60,116 bases of DNA, taken from contig NW_027191481.1 in the NCBI RefSeq assembly GCF_011745625.1, forward strand, positions 248,001 through 308,116. Direction: 5' to 3'. This DNA is from Cladosporium halotolerans. Lineage: Eukaryota. Below, piece after piece: positions 23,484 to 36,344 of the stretch. The position numbers and the translations under genes are program-made. Within the stretch, counting starts at the first letter, position 1; each line of letters begins with the position of its first letter. The notes under the pieces are model-generated. The model searched no databases. It saw only the letters and a program-made list of their open reading frames with translations, and was not told the DNA's origin.

Positions 23484-25550
23484 ATGGCGTCGCAACCACC
23501 TATGATCAAGCCGCAGCAGATCGACTCCCTCCCACATCTGGACGCGGCCCAGAAGCAGACATACAAGCAAGGATTGATGAACCTATGGAACATTCACGAC
23601 AACAGCCCCGAGGGGAGCGCAGGGAGAAATGAGGCTCGACAGAAAATCGCGAGTGCCAGTCAAAAGATCATGCAACAGCTGAACCGCGCATCTCGCCCGG
23701 TTCCCAACGCTGCGGCGCAACAAGGGCAACAACGGCCACCGCAAGCGGCGCAAGGCGGACAAGCGCAGCAAGCAGGAGGACAAGGACAGCAGAATCCGCA
23801 GCAGATGCAGCAGCCGCAACAGCAGCAAGCTCAGCAAGGCCAAGCGACACAACAGCCCCAACAGCAGCAACAACCGCAGCAGACCCAGCAAGCGCCGCAG
23901 CAGCAGGCCACTGGGCCTACCGACAATGCCCAGCTCCAAGCCAAGGTTAAGCAGATGGTGCATAACATCGTGGTCTTTCCGGAGCCCAACACGCCGAACG
24001 CGCAGCAGTTTGAGCAATACAAAGCCAACTACCAGCAGTCCCTCGGAAACAGTCTGATGAAGAGGGAGCGTTCCCGCGCGGAAATCCCGCGTCTTGAAGG
24101 ACTCGAGGCACAAATGAAGAGCCAAGGCTCGAACCTATCCGATGAGATGCAGAACAGATTGAACACAGCGAGGACCGTTCTTGCGGAGGCGTCGCGCCAG
24201 GTGGCGGCTTTGGAGCAGAAGAACGAACAGAACAAACTTTCGTACCAGCAGAAGCAGCAGAAGCAGAAGGAGCAACAGCAACAGCAGCAGCAGGCGTCGC
24301 AAAATATGCCGCAAGCTAACGGCCAGCCTATGCCTAACCCGCAAATAAACGGCGCTCAAGCTCAGGCTATGCAGCGGACCAACTCGCAACAGGCTCAGGC
24401 AAACGTCACTGACGTTAATAAGCCGACCAACTCGCCAGCGCCACCTCAGCAGTTCGCTCAGCAAGGCCAACAGACGCCGCAAGCAGGGACGCCTGTGCAG
24501 CAGCAACAGCAAATGCCACCTCAGCAACAGCAACAGCAGCAGCAACCGCGCCCGCAGCCGCAGATGCAACCGCAAGGGACTCCGCAAAGCGCATCTCAGC
24601 CTCAACAGCAGTTCCCGCAGAATAACATGGCGCAGCAGCAAAATCAACAACAGCGTCCGGCTATGAATCAGCAGCAGCCACAGCAGCATCCACAATACGG
24701 CGTTCAGCAACAGCAACAACAGCAGCCTCAGCAACAGCAGGCTCCCCAACAGCAGCAACAGTACCAGCAAACGCCGCAACCTGGCATGCAACAAAACGCT
24801 ATGCCTAATCAGCAGCCGCAGCGTCCGCAAGCTCTTACGCAGAGGGACGCCATGGCTCAGGCAGCACAGTCTTACACTCAGCAGCAACAGCAACCTCCTG
24901 GCGTGAACCAGGCGCAGCAGCCAATGCAGCAGCAGCACAGCAACATGCCCAACGGCCTTCCGTTTAATCAGCCGCAGTCCGCTCAGCAGCATACCCCAAC
25001 CTCGGGCTTCCCGCCGAACCAGCAGATGAGTAGCGCGCAGACTAAGTTCCCCATTCCCAAGGAACTCCGCATGGACCCGCGCACCCAGACGCCCGTTCCT
25101 GGCCCACCGTCGCGCCCCACGATGATGGGCCAAGGCGGCATGATGAATGTTCCGGGTGTGCAGAAACCCGCGCACTTCACTCTGGAAGGCGAAGGCGACC
25201 ACGTGTTGTCGAAGCGCAAGCTAGACGAGCTGGTCCGCCAGATCACGGGATCTACTTCACAGCAGGATGGTCTCTCGCCAGAGGTCGAGGAAGCTGTGCT
25301 GTCACTGACTGATAATTTCGTCGACAACGTGATCCAGAAGGCCTGCCAGCTGGCGAAGCTGAGACAGGGCCAGACATTGGATGTGAAGGATGTTCAAATG
25401 GTGTTGGAGCGCAACTACGGAATCAGAATTCCGGGCTACAGCTTGGACGAGCTGAGGACTGTCAGGAAGTTTCAACCGGCTCCTGGCTGGGTGGGCAAGG
25501 TGCAGGCTGTGCAGGCTGGGAAGGTCATGGGCGGGAACAAAGATGCTTGA
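23484..25550 (+). CDS. TAF12: TFIID/SAGA subunit TAF12 with long Gln-rich N-terminal region
   Basis: C-terminal histone fold VLSKRKLDELVRQI..EVEEAVLSLTDNFVDNVIQKACQLAKLR..DVQMVLERNYGIRIPGY. Confidence 0.92.
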   Translation: MASQPPMIKPQQIDSLPHLDAAQKQTYKQGLMNLWNIHDNSPEGSAGRNEARQKIASASQKIMQQLNRASRPVPNAAAQQGQQRPPQAAQGGQAQQAGGQGQQNPQQMQQPQQQQAQQGQATQQPQQQQQPQQTQQAPQQQATGPTDNAQLQAKVKQMVHNIVVFPEPNTPNAQQFEQYKANYQQSLGNSLMKRERSRAEIPRLEGLEAQMKSQGSNLSDEMQNRLNTARTVLAEASRQVAALEQKNEQNKLSYQQKQQKQKEQQQQQQQASQNMPQANGQPMPNPQINGAQAQAMQRTNSQQAQANVTDVNKPTNSPAPPQQFAQQGQQTPQAGTPVQQQQQMPPQQQQQQQQPRPQPQMQPQGTPQSASQPQQQFPQNNMAQQQNQQQRPAMNQQQPQQHPQYGVQQQQQQQPQQQQAPQQQQQYQQTPQPGMQQNAMPNQQPQRPQALTQRDAMAQAAQSYTQQQQQPPGVNQAQQPMQQQHSNMPNGLPFNQPQSAQQHTPTSGFPPNQQMSSAQTKFPIPKELRMDPRTQTPVPGPPSRPTMMGQGGMMNVPGVQKPAHFTLEGEGDHVLSKRKLDELVRQITGSTSQQDGLSPEVEEAVLSLTDNFVDNVIQKACQLAKLRQGQTLDVKDVQMVLERNYGIRIPGYSLDELRTVRKFQPAPGWVGKVQAVQAGKVMGGNKDA

Positions 25551-26405
25551 GAAGTTTTGGTCGAACGACTAGAGGCTTAAAAGCTCACACCAGAGGTCCC
25601 CTGCAAATCACTCGAGGTGATCTCTGCTTTCGTTGGCTGTATCGGACTTGAGCGACGGCGTTGGCGGATCGATGGACTTTACTTGTAAATTGTACTCTTA
25701 TACATTGGTTTCGGCTGCGGCTTTCGGTAGCAACGATTAACAGGTAAAAACTTGAACGTAGTACTCATCCTTCCAACTCTCAGTAGTAAATATCATTCGG
25801 AAGTGGTGGTCTGGACGAGGTAGCCGAACGAAACCGGCCGCATAGCCGGATAAGGTCGTCTAAGCTTCAGCCAAGCTGCCACTTGTGCTACACTAATGGA
25901 CCCTACCTGACCCTGGGCATGGAGACTCGGTCCGGCCAACGCCTCCTGATCGTCATCTCTTCACGGCCTGCCACGCTGTACCTTGTGCTTCATGCAGAGC
26001 GATGACCTCCGCCGTAACAACAACGCCAATGAACGCCATGTGGCGTGTTTGACCTAAGCGCCCTGCAAGGCGTAGCTTGCTGGTTTCCCTCGCTGGCCGA
26101 CGACTCGACGCCGCGAACACGTGTCCGCCGGCCGCGTGTTCGTTCGCACATGCCAGTGCGAAGTAGTAGTGCAGTGGTCACTGCAGCACTTGCGGCATTT
26201 GTGGGCAGGCTATGTTTGTGCTCTGATCTCATAGCCCTCCTTGCTACTCCCCCTCGTGCAGGAAGATCTCGCTCTCTCCTCACCATCCACCTATCTTGAT
26301 CACACTCCAATAAGGTCACTCTCAACGCCCTTAAAAAACCAAAAACCTCAATCACCTCATCAATACCAACCTTTCTCATATCCCTCCCCAAACTCCCTAG
26401 CAACG

Positions 26406-27271
26406 ATGTCCGGCTTCGTCGAGAAAATCTTCGACACCCTCGCCGACAGGAACAAGCACGAGAGCAGCAGCAACGAGTACAACAACGACCAGTACAACAA
26501 CCAATACCAGCAGCAACAGTACCCCCCCCAGCAATCCAACTACGGCGGCCCACCTCATCACTCCTACAACCAGCAGCAGCCCCAAGTCCCATACCCCTGG
26601 GTCGCCCGCTGGGACGACCGCGATCAGCGCTGGTTCTACGTCAACGAGCAGACTAGCGAGCGTAGCTGGGAGATGCCGGGGCAGGGCTACGGCGGTCCCC
26701 AGGGAGGCTACGGCGGCGAGCAGCAGAGGTATGGTGGCGGGGAGCAGTACCCGCAGCAGCAGGAGGAGAAGAGCAAGGGCCATGGCTCCGCTGCTGCGTG
26801 GGGAATTGGTGGTGCGGCGGTAGGACTGGGCGCTGGTGCCCTGCTGATGCATGAGGGCGAGGAGATGAGTGAGTTCCTCTGCGATGGGCTGCGAGCGCGC
26901 CTCTGCGCACCCGGTTTTCTTCTATGATCGCTAACGCCTGTGTAGAGGACGACTGGGACGCTGACAAAGCGCGCATTGAGAACGACGCCGAAGAGTTCCC
27001 CGAAGATGCCGCCGAGTGGACCGGCCGCCGCGTCGGCGAGGTGGAGCAGATGCCCGAGAACGTCGAGCAGGATTTCGACCAGTTCGGCGACAGCGTTGAG
27101 CGCAAATGGGACAATGCTGAGGAAGACGTGGAGGATGCGCCGGAGAATGCGGCCGAGTGGGTTGGCGAGCAGGTCGGCGATGTTGAGAGGTTTGGGGACG
27201 ATGTTGAGAATTACGGTGATGGGCTGGAGAACGCTTATGATGAGGGAAGAGACGAGGAGAGGTATGACTAA
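26406..27271 (+). CDS. WW-domain protein with Q/N/Y-rich N-terminus and acidic C-terminal repeats; exons 26406-26868, 26946-27271
   Basis: VPYPWVARWDDRDQRWFYVNEQTSERSWEMP (WW); Gly-rich hydrophobic segment; repeated PE(D/N)AAEWxGxxVG(E/D)VE; GTGAGT..CTAAC..TAG intron. Confidence 0.85.
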
Positions 27272-27732
27272 GTTGGGTTGATGAAGGCTTTTTTATGTGA
27301 GAACAGGCGGACCTGGTGAGACTGTGGTTGCAATCGTACCAATGAATTCCAAGACGTCTGGTACGTCTTGGTCGAAGATAAGCCTAGGAAATGAAGAGCT
27401 TGAAATTCATGACAGAACCATTGTTTTACGTGCTATCTGAGCGCGAACCGATGGAGGAAACGAGGTAATGCCTCGTATTGGACCAATTGCAAATCAAGTT
27501 TTGGTAAAGACAGGGGAAAATATTTTCTTCTACCTAAGAACCTTCAAAACATCCCTCAAACAAAAGCAAAATCAGATAGTAGTGGTCAAAAGCGTGCGAG
27601 AATTAGTAGCAATCTTCAAATCGTCGTACAGTAGTCGACGCACATCCAGTATATAACGTTCCGTCCTTGTGTAAAACCGCAATGTATGTCATGCTCACAC
27701 CATCATGTCGTGATCGTCCAACCATGACCCGT

Positions 27733-28659
27733 TTACATGCCGCAAGTAGCCTTGCAAGAATCAACAGCGCGAACAAGGTTCGGCGGCAGGTTGGCGCGGA
27801 ACATGTCGACGTCGCTCGGGTTGATGGAATTCGCGGCACCGAGCGTGATGTTGACGATCTGGTCGTCGAGCGTGAAGAAGTTCTGCGCGATCTGGCTGGT
27901 GCCCGGGTCGGCGGAGTTGAGTGCGGCGGAGAAGATGGCGCGATCGCACGTCGGGTTGAACTGGAAGTGGATGCTGCCTTGGGGGAAAATGGTCGCTTCG
28001 AACTGCTTGAGCGTCGTGTTGAAGGGGAAGGCGAGAGCGTCGATCTTGGCCGCGGCGTCTTTGAAGAAGTTATTCTCGAGCACGAAGCCGGTCACGAGCT
28101 CGCCTTCGACGACGGTGAGGAACTCGGTCGCGCGTGGGTGCGTGTGGGGAGAGTTCATGCCACAGGGCTCGAGGAAAGCTACGGCGCCGGCGATGCCCTC
28201 GCCGACGAGCAGGGGGAAGTTGTCTTCGTTGGCGACGAGGATGCGGCCACCATCACCGCCGGCAGGAGCATTCTTGAAATCGAAAGCGAGAACGTCGTGG
28301 ACTTGGTCCGGGTCGGTGAGGGGGTCCTTGCCAATGTTGTCCACTGACAGAAGCCTTTGCAGACGGTCGACTTGGGTGACTTCGGACTGAAGATCCTTTG
28401 CAAGCTGCTTGAGGTCGTCAGGGTTGGCGGTAGAAGTGCCGAAGACTGGGAAGCCGGTCGTCTCGCTACCAGTGCTACCAGAAGTGGTAGAAGGAGGGGT
28501 GGTATACTCTTCCATGGAGCTCGATGTCGAGGACGCCATGGCGGCCGTGGTCATAGAAGCGCGATCTCCAGAGGCGGGACCTGCGTTCTGAGCGTACGGC
28601 ACAGCCTGGACAGTTCCTGCCACAAGGGCGGCGATGGCGATCTTGATCATGGCAGACAT
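27733..28659 (-). CDS. Secreted germin/spherulin-1-like cupin
   Basis: Signal peptide; cupin boxes PCGMNSPHTHPRATE and FPQGSIHFQFN with intact His/His/Glu/His metal ligands. Confidence 0.9.
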   Translation of the reverse strand: MSAMIKIAIAALVAGTVQAVPYAQNAGPASGDRASMTTAAMASSTSSSMEEYTTPPSTTSGSTGSETTGFPVFGTSTANPDDLKQLAKDLQSEVTQVDRLQRLLSVDNIGKDPLTDPDQVHDVLAFDFKNAPAGGDGGRILVANEDNFPLLVGEGIAGAVAFLEPCGMNSPHTHPRATEFLTVVEGELVTGFVLENNFFKDAAAKIDALAFPFNTTLKQFEATIFPQGSIHFQFNPTCDRAIFSAALNSADPGTSQIAQNFFTLDDQIVNITLGAANSINPSDVDMFRANLPPNLVRAVDSCKATCGM

Positions 28660-29952
28660 TGTGATGTCGGGTGGGTGTTGGATGTATGTCAAGACTAAAC
28701 GATTGGGAATCTGCTCGGCGCAAGGAGTGTGCGATAACTTGTAGGAGAGGACAAACGAAATAGAGAAAAAGAAAAGCGGTTGTTAGAAGTTGGGTCAAAG
28801 GTGTTTGAGATTTTGTGTGATAGATAGAAGAAGAAAGCACTGGAGACACTGAGTGTTATACCATCTTTATACCGACCTGATGACGGGTGGTGGACCACAC
28901 AGCTAGTAATCCTGTAGGATTATGATGTTGGAGTCGTTAAGGGCTGATGTCAGGTACAGTTGCGATGTCTGATTGCAGAGAGGTGACGAATTCATGCTGT
29001 GTATGCGAAACCTCGAGCTTGCATCGAAAGTGGTGTTGCTGATGTGAGATTTACCATGTAAGGGACATGCAAGGCCTTCCACCAGGGCTGCTTAGCGACC
29101 TCAAACGTAGTAATACGAGCCTTGATACATGTCATTGTAGTCTCAGCACGCGGAATCTTACCTACCATGCGTGGAGGTGGCTCAAGCTGGCCCGTCATCT
29201 TGCTGCGCCATGTAAGCGCTACACTTGGATGCAGTTAGCGAGCAGCGACAGTGGCTTTGATTTCACAATTGTTCCGAAATAGAGTGACCAGTCGTAGTGC
29301 AAGCAAGCATCTCATCGTGATGTTTCAAGCCTGGTGGGTCGCATGGCCGCGTGCTCTGGTTTCTGGTGCCTCAGGGAGCTGGACTGGCCATGGTGAAGGC
29401 CTCGTGGCTTGCTGATGGTGAGACAAGCAATTGATCACCAAGCTTGTTTTATTTAAGCATTCTGCGCTACGGAAGCCACCATGACAGCTCGCAAGATTTT
29501 CCTTTGCTCCGTGGTCTTACCAACCCTGCCCTCCTTTGAACAATCGTGGTGCATAGCTAAAGTCATGATTCATAAATCGTCTCAAGTCAGAATATCCTTC
29601 AGTAAATTCGATGCTTCATAGACCTGGTTGTTTGTAAAAACGTCCCATCGGAGACGGAAAAGTCAAATGTTGAGCCAGAAGTAGCGCCGTCGACTTTTGC
29701 CAGTGTGTGTACCTCATAATTGCTCAAGTGTGAGACTGGTTCGCCCATTGCAGTATGGCCGGATGCTCATGCCAGCCACGGCTGAAAGGGCACCGGAGGA
29801 TTCGCTTGCAGCTTCGAGCACGTCCATCACGCCAAGCTGTCCATGTATGTGCTATTCGCTAGGAAGGAAAGTTTATCCGCTGTGTATGATCGCGACGCGT
29901 AACATCAGGTACGTTATGACATCCAGCTTGCGAAGACTTGCTCGGAGCCAAT

Positions 29953-30675
29953 TCATAAATCCATTTGCCCGTCATCGACGCTGACTCCCGGATCGGGTCC
30001 TTGGTGCTCCTCTCCAAGCAGGGAGGAAGGCGCTTTCGCGGACGCCAGAGAGTCACCAGGTTCTGGGGAGCTGATCCAGCCTTCTGAACCAACACTTCCT
30101 TCAACAGGTCCTTCGACGCGTCGCCTGAGCCTCCTGAAATTGGTGTCACCACTACGATCGTTCGAACCATCAGGGTCGGTGACTTCGGTGTCGCTGACGG
30201 CTGTCTGGCTGTGGGCTCGCTTGAAAAGACGCGATCCAGTCCGTTTGCTCAGGCGCCTCTCTTTTCGCTTCTTGGTCATCTCTATTTCCTCTTCGCGTTC
30301 GTTGCAATCGAGTCTCTCAAAGCGACTCGAGATACCAGAGTCAGAATCGGAGTCTTCGGAGTCGTCTTGCCCCACGCTGAGGTAGTCCTCGACCTCTTCG
30401 AGTTCTGCTGGTGACACGGTTTCGGCATCTTCGAAAAGTCCGAGATCGCTGTCGGGAAGCTCTATAACGACGATACCATCCGCTGCCGTTCGCTTCAATA
30501 TCTTCTTCGCGGGCGAGCTGGTTTCAGCGGGTTGTATTGAGGATGCCGGTGAGTCAGATCTCTCGAATCGCCGCTTGTGATGCTTGGCCGGGGTGTAGGG
30601 TGGTGTTGCGGGTGTTTCGTGCCCGGAGAGACTTGTTTGTGAGGCGAACCCGGATTTTGGATGAAGTGTCTCCAT
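29953..30675 (-). CDS. Hypothetical low-complexity protein (240 aa, acidic and basic patches)
   Basis: ATG-initiated ORF with protein-like composition and basic clusters (KKRKERRLSKR, FRRLRRRVEGP); no family recognised. Confidence 0.65.
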   Translation of the reverse strand: METLHPKSGFASQTSLSGHETPATPPYTPAKHHKRRFERSDSPASSIQPAETSSPAKKILKRTAADGIVVIELPDSDLGLFEDAETVSPAELEEVEDYLSVGQDDSEDSDSDSGISSRFERLDCNEREEEIEMTKKRKERRLSKRTGSRLFKRAHSQTAVSDTEVTDPDGSNDRSGDTNFRRLRRRVEGPVEGSVGSEGWISSPEPGDSLASAKAPSSLLGEEHQGPDPGVSVDDGQMDL

Positions 30676-32117
30676 TACTGTTGGGACAAGGTACTTCCTG
30701 ATTCCTCGTGCCTCGCGGACTTGATCCCGAGCGGCGATTTAGCGCGCGTCTGGTGGGGCGGGGACTCCCAGGTGAGGCCAGTGGTAGTGCTTGACGACGA
30801 AGTTTTCACGGCGCAAACCAAGCAATATCATGATGCAGCTGCTAGCAGAAATGGTGGGGTTTCCTGGCGGAGCCGATGCTTCTTATCTGTCACCGAGATG
30901 AGACGGCCGTGTCGTTGTCCTACGGTGGCAAGAGTCACGGGCGGGCCGCAAGTCAGGTTGCACAAGCGACGAGAGGATTGTGAAGCGGGAGAGGAGAGGT
31001 CGGAGTATATCGTACGGCTCCTTGCTTGGGCAGCAATGGCTCGTGGCGGCTGTCAGGCAGCGCTGGCCCAGGAAAAGTGGCGATTGGCTGTGGCCTCGGC
31101 GCCAGGTAGGTGGATGCAATTTGGGCGAGAAAGCCCGAGAACGAAGTGGAAGGGTGGTGGAGGGCAGCGAGCGCAGACAGAGCAGGACCGTCAGCTCGTG
31201 GATGTACGGTACGTGGTGGCGGAGAACTTCGGCGACGGGAAAATGCGCTCGGCCAAGGCAGCGTGCAGTAGCTCTTGTGTACTGCGTCGTTGCAGCCGAC
31301 TCGGGCGCAACGCTATTGGTCTCTGGCAGCACGTGATATGGACATTTAGATTGTAGGCGTTGCTTCGCGTATGAAGTGGACGCTGGACTCTCCGCGCCTT
31401 TTCTTGCCGCGCAGCACGCGGGCGGCGCTTGTCAGAGTGTTGGCAATGCATGATGCGTCGCTGCTGTGTGCTTGACGACGACAGTGGTTTGTTGCTGTCA
31501 CTCGCCGTCCGGCGTCTTCGGGTACACCTCCGACACGAGGAGAGCAGAACTTTCCCTGGGACCAAGTGTACTCTGGCCACGCCGCATGCCCACAGGCTAT
31601 GCCTTTGCTTTCGTAGCGCATTGCGGGCGAGGTGTATATCTGGTGCTATCGCTGTCGTCTACAGAGCCCAGACTGGTGTCCGAAAATCAACTGAGAATCA
31701 CGTGATCGGGCAATGCTACTACGTTGACGTCGAGTCGTAAAGTAGTCGGTTCGCAGTCGCAAAAGACGGCATTGAAAATAAATTGGCATCGCGAAACACA
31801 CGATGAGGCCGACCTCTCGCTGGCGTCGTGAGCAAGGGATCAAGGAGGGGCTTTGGGGGAGGCGTTGCGACCAGGGCGGCGGCCTTCCGCGTGGAGGGAG
31901 ATCTTGGCGGCTGGCGATTCGCTCTACGTAGCCTCCAGCCAAACACCCGTACGGGGTGAGCTCGAGAACAACTGCTAAACCACCCTGCCGCTGCCTGCTT
32001 CACCTGCGCCTACAGTCCCGCCCACTCTCTCAATCTAGGGACTTGTTGATTGCAGTGCGCCCTTGATATTGCGGATTGCCAATGCCCGGAGCTCTGGCTC
32101 CCACAAACTAGCCCAAC

Positions 32118-35100
32118 ATGCAGTCCTCACCGAACATGCTCACCAAATTCGTAAGAAGACGACAAAGAGCCTCCTATTGCATGATGGGGCGCTGATCAAA
32201 TCATCGCAGGAATCGAAATCCTCCAGAGCCAAGGGAATCGCCTTCCACCCTAAGCGACCATGGATCCTCGTTTCGCTACACTCCTCCACCATCCAATTGT
32301 GGGATTACCGCATGGGAACCCTCATTGACCGCTTCGAGGAACACGATGGCCCTGTCAGAGGCATTGATTTCCACAAGACGCAGCCTATCTTTGTATCAGG
32401 AGGTGACGACTACAAGATCAAGGTCTGGAGCTACCAGACAAGGAGGTGTCTCTTCACACTAAACGGACACTTGGACTACGTGCGCACCGTCTTCTTCCAC
32501 CCCGAGCTGCCATGGATCATCTCCAGCTCCGACGACCAGACCATTCGGATATGGAACTGGCAGAACCGTTCGCTCATTTGCACCATGACCGGCCACAACC
32601 ACTACACCATGTGCGCGCAGTTCCACCCCAAGGAGGACCTTGTTGTTTCAGCGTCGCTCGATCAGTCTGTAAGAGTTTGGGATATTTCAGGCTTGCGCAA
32701 GAAGCACTCGGCGCCCACGTCGATGTCATTTGAAGACCAGATGAGGGGATCGCAAGCCAACCAACCGGATATGTTTGGAAACACAGATGCTGTGGTCAAG
32801 TTTGTGCTCGAGGGACACGACAGGGGCGTCAACTGGGTCTCATTCCACCCGACACTGCCGCTGATCATCTCGGCTGGTGATGACAGATTGGTCAAGCTCT
32901 GGAGAATGAGCGAAACCAAGGCATGGGAGGTGGACACATGTAGAGGCCACTTCCAGAACGCGTCGGCTTGTCTGTTCCATCCGCATCAGGATCTGATTCT
33001 GTCCGTTGGCGAGGACAAAACGATTCGAGTGTGGGACCTCAACAAGCGCACGTCTGTTCAGAGCTTCAAGCGCGAGAACGATCGATTCTGGGTGATCGCA
33101 GCTCACCCTGAGATCAACTTGTTTGCCGCCGGCCACGACAACGGTGTCATGGTCTTTAAGCTCGAGCGCGAGAGACCGGCTTTTGGCGTGCACCAGAACC
33201 AGGTCTTCTTCATCAACAAGGAGAAGCACGTTCGCTCTTACGACTTCACGAAGAATGTTGAAAGCCCCTCCATGCTTTCGCTCAAGAAATTGGGCAGCCC
33301 CTGGTCTCCTCCCAGGACTCTCTCATACAACCCCGCTGAGCGCGCGATCCTTGTGACTTCTCCATCAGATGGCGGCTCTTACGAGCTGGTGAACCTTCCA
33401 AGAGACGCTTCAGGCGCCGTCGAGCCTACGAACACCATGCGTGGCACTGGATCGTCTGCTGTATTCGTTGCGCGCAACCGTTTCGCGGTGTTCAACCAGG
33501 CCAACCAGCAAGTCGACATTAAGGACCTCTCGAACTCCACCACCAAGACCATCAAGCCTCCCCATGGCACCACCGATATGGTGTTTGGTGGCACTGGCTG
33601 CCTCCTTCTGATCACGGCGACCCACGTCTACCTCTACGACATCCAGCAAAAGAAGCAACTCGCCGAGCTTGCCGTTGCAGGCGTCAAGTACGTTGTGTGG
33701 TCAACCGACGGACTCTACGCAGCCCTTCTCAGCAAACACAATGTCACGATTGTCACCAAGTCTCTTGAGCAGGTCAGCACATTGCACGAGACCATTCGAA
33801 TCAAGAGCGCATGCTGGGACGATGCAGGCGTTCTCCTCTACTCCACTCTCAACCACATCAAGTACACCCTCATGAACGGTGACAACGGCATTGTTCGCAC
33901 ACTCGAGCACACCGTCTACCTTGTCCGCGTCAAGGGCAGGAGCGTGTACTGCCTCGACAGAGCTGCCAAGCCCAAGGTCCTGACCATTGACCCAACTGAG
34001 TACCGCTTCAAGCTCGCACTCGTCAAGCGGCACTACGACGAGATGCTCAACATCATCAAGACGTCCAGCTTGGTCGGACAGAGCATCATCTCCTACCTCC
34101 AAAAGAAGGGTTACCCCGAGATCGCCCTCCAGTTCGTGCAAGATCCTCAGACTCGTTTCGAGCTTGCGATCGAATGTGGCAACCTGGACGTCGCGGTGGA
34201 GATGGCCAAGGAGCTTGACAGGCCGAAGCTTTGGCAGCGTCTGAGCACGGAGGCGCTCGCTCACGGCAACCACCAGGTTGTGGAGATGACATACCAGAAG
34301 CTGCGCAACTTCGACAAGCTTTCGTTCCTGTACCTCACCACGGGTGACTCGGACAAGCTGAACCGCATGGCTAAGATCGCAGAGCACAGAGGCGACATGC
34401 CCAGCATGTTCCAGAACTCATTATATCTTGGCGACGTGCAGAGCAGAATCGAGATGCTCAAGGAGGTCGATCAATACCCGATGGCTTACCTGACTGCCAA
34501 GGCGAACGGTCTCGAGGAGGAGGCACAAGCTATCTTGGAGGCGAGCGGTCTGTCAGAAGATGAGGTCACTCTGCCTTCTATGGGCAAGCCGACGGCAATC
34601 CCCAAGCCCGTCGTTCCTACTTTCAAGACCAACTGGCCGTCGAAGTCCACCGGCATGAGCTCATTCGAGAAGGCTCTCATGGCCGATGGAGACGACGCCG
34701 TGGTGGCAGATGCTAATGGAGACGCTGAGGAAGACTTGATGGGTGAGGAAGTCGTCGCTGATGCGAACGGTACTCTTGACGATGGCGAAGACGAGGACGC
34801 CGCCGGTTGGGACATGGGTGACGACTCCGTGGCGGACGTGGAGGAAGACTTCGTCAACGTTGAGAGCGCTGATACGGGCGCTGGCAGCAGTGAAGCTGAT
34901 CTCTGGGTCCGCAACTCACCGCTCGCCGCCGATCACGCTGCGGCAGGAAGCTTTGACACAGCCATGAATTTGCTGAACAGGCAAATAAGCGCAGTCAACT
35001 TCAAGCCCCTTGAAGAGCGCTTCCTCGAGATCTACTCTGCCTCGCGCACCCTGCTGCCTGCCAATGCTGGCATGGCGCCGTTGGTCAACCACGTCCGCAG

Positions 35101-35896
35101 AACTCTCAACGAGACCGACTCCCGCCGTATCCTCCCAATCATCCCCAGAGATGTGGAGTCTGTTCTCACCGGCGAAATCGCCGCTGGAAAGAACGCCATG
35201 AAGGCGAACAAGCTCGACGACGGCGCGGCGGCTTTCAAGAAGGCCCTGCACCTCCTCATGGTCAATGCCGCCAGCTCTGCGTCCCAAGCCGAAGAGGCCG
35301 CTGCCGCAATCCAGAGTGCCGGCTCCTACGTCCTCGCCATGTCCGTCGAGCTCGAGCGCAGACAGCTCATCGGCGGCGCCACCGACCTCAGCTCCTTCGA
35401 CGATGAAACCAAGAAGCGTGCTCTTGAGCTCAGCGCCTACTTCACCGTCCCCGCCATGGACCCCCAGCACCAGACGCTCGCCTGGTTCTCCGCCATGAAC
35501 TTCGCCAACCGCAACAAGCAGCTCGGCAGCGTCCTTGGCTTCGCCAACGCCCTGATCGAGCGCGGCACTAACGCCAAGTTCAAGGAGACTGTAAGTTCTA
35601 CCGATACCTTCCGCAATCTTTCGTGCACGCGTACTAATCAATCGCAATAGGCCCGCAAACTCAAGGCCGTCGCCGAGCGCCAGCCCACCGACGCCATCGA
35701 CATCGAGTACGACACCTTCGCCGAGTTCACCATCTGCGGCGCCTCTCACACCCCGATCTACCCCGGCGGCGAAGCCCCCGTCTCCTGCCCCTTCGACGGC
35801 ACACAGTACTTGCCCAAGTACCGCGGCACTGTCTGCAAGGTCTGCGATGTCTGCACCGTTGGTGGCGGCGGAAGTGGGTTCAGGACGGTTGTTTGA
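32118..35896 (+). CDS. COP1: Coatomer alpha subunit; exons 32118-32150, 32210-35590, 35651-35896
   Basis: [29 protein letters not shown], WD40 repeats, KKGYPEIALQFV, SPLAADH; C-terminal ICGASHTPIY..CPF..CKVC. Confidence 0.97.
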
Positions 35897-36344
35897 GAAG
35901 TTTCAGAGTGACTGCGGAAATTTCCGCAAGAAAAGCGCTGTTGAAGGGATAGATTTAGGGTAGATGTCAGGAGGGAAATGATGACGGCGGCGTTCTGACT
36001 TGTTACGGTTTTGTTCGCGATGCTTTCTTGACCCGTCGCGCGGCTCGGGCGTTGCGTTCGGGGGGTTCGCGCAGATAGTACGGTGTATCGGAGCGAAGCA
36101 TCTTTTGTTTGAACATTATTTTCATCAGGGTAATTTGACTTAAGTGCTTGTAGCCGTCGATGTGTGCATGGTGTAGAGATTGAGAGGTGGATTTTTATTG
36201 TTTTGTCACATCATGGAGCTCATGGCAACGAAATTGATTCCCATCTTGCTAACAACATGCTCGTCACAGAAGGTGGGTAAAATGGTTCCGATGCGTAGAC
36301 TGAACAAAAGCTCAGAAGGTCATTCTCAAGCAAGGCTGATTCTT

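Noticed and set aside
23700..24990. CAG/CAA repeats as a repeat array
   Set aside because: They encode the Gln-rich region of TAF12; no repeat-spacer structure.
30661..31356. 231-aa + strand ORF between the hypothetical gene and COP1
   Set aside because: Overlaps the start of the minus-strand gene; no motifs or coding-like codon bias; likely promoter or UTR.
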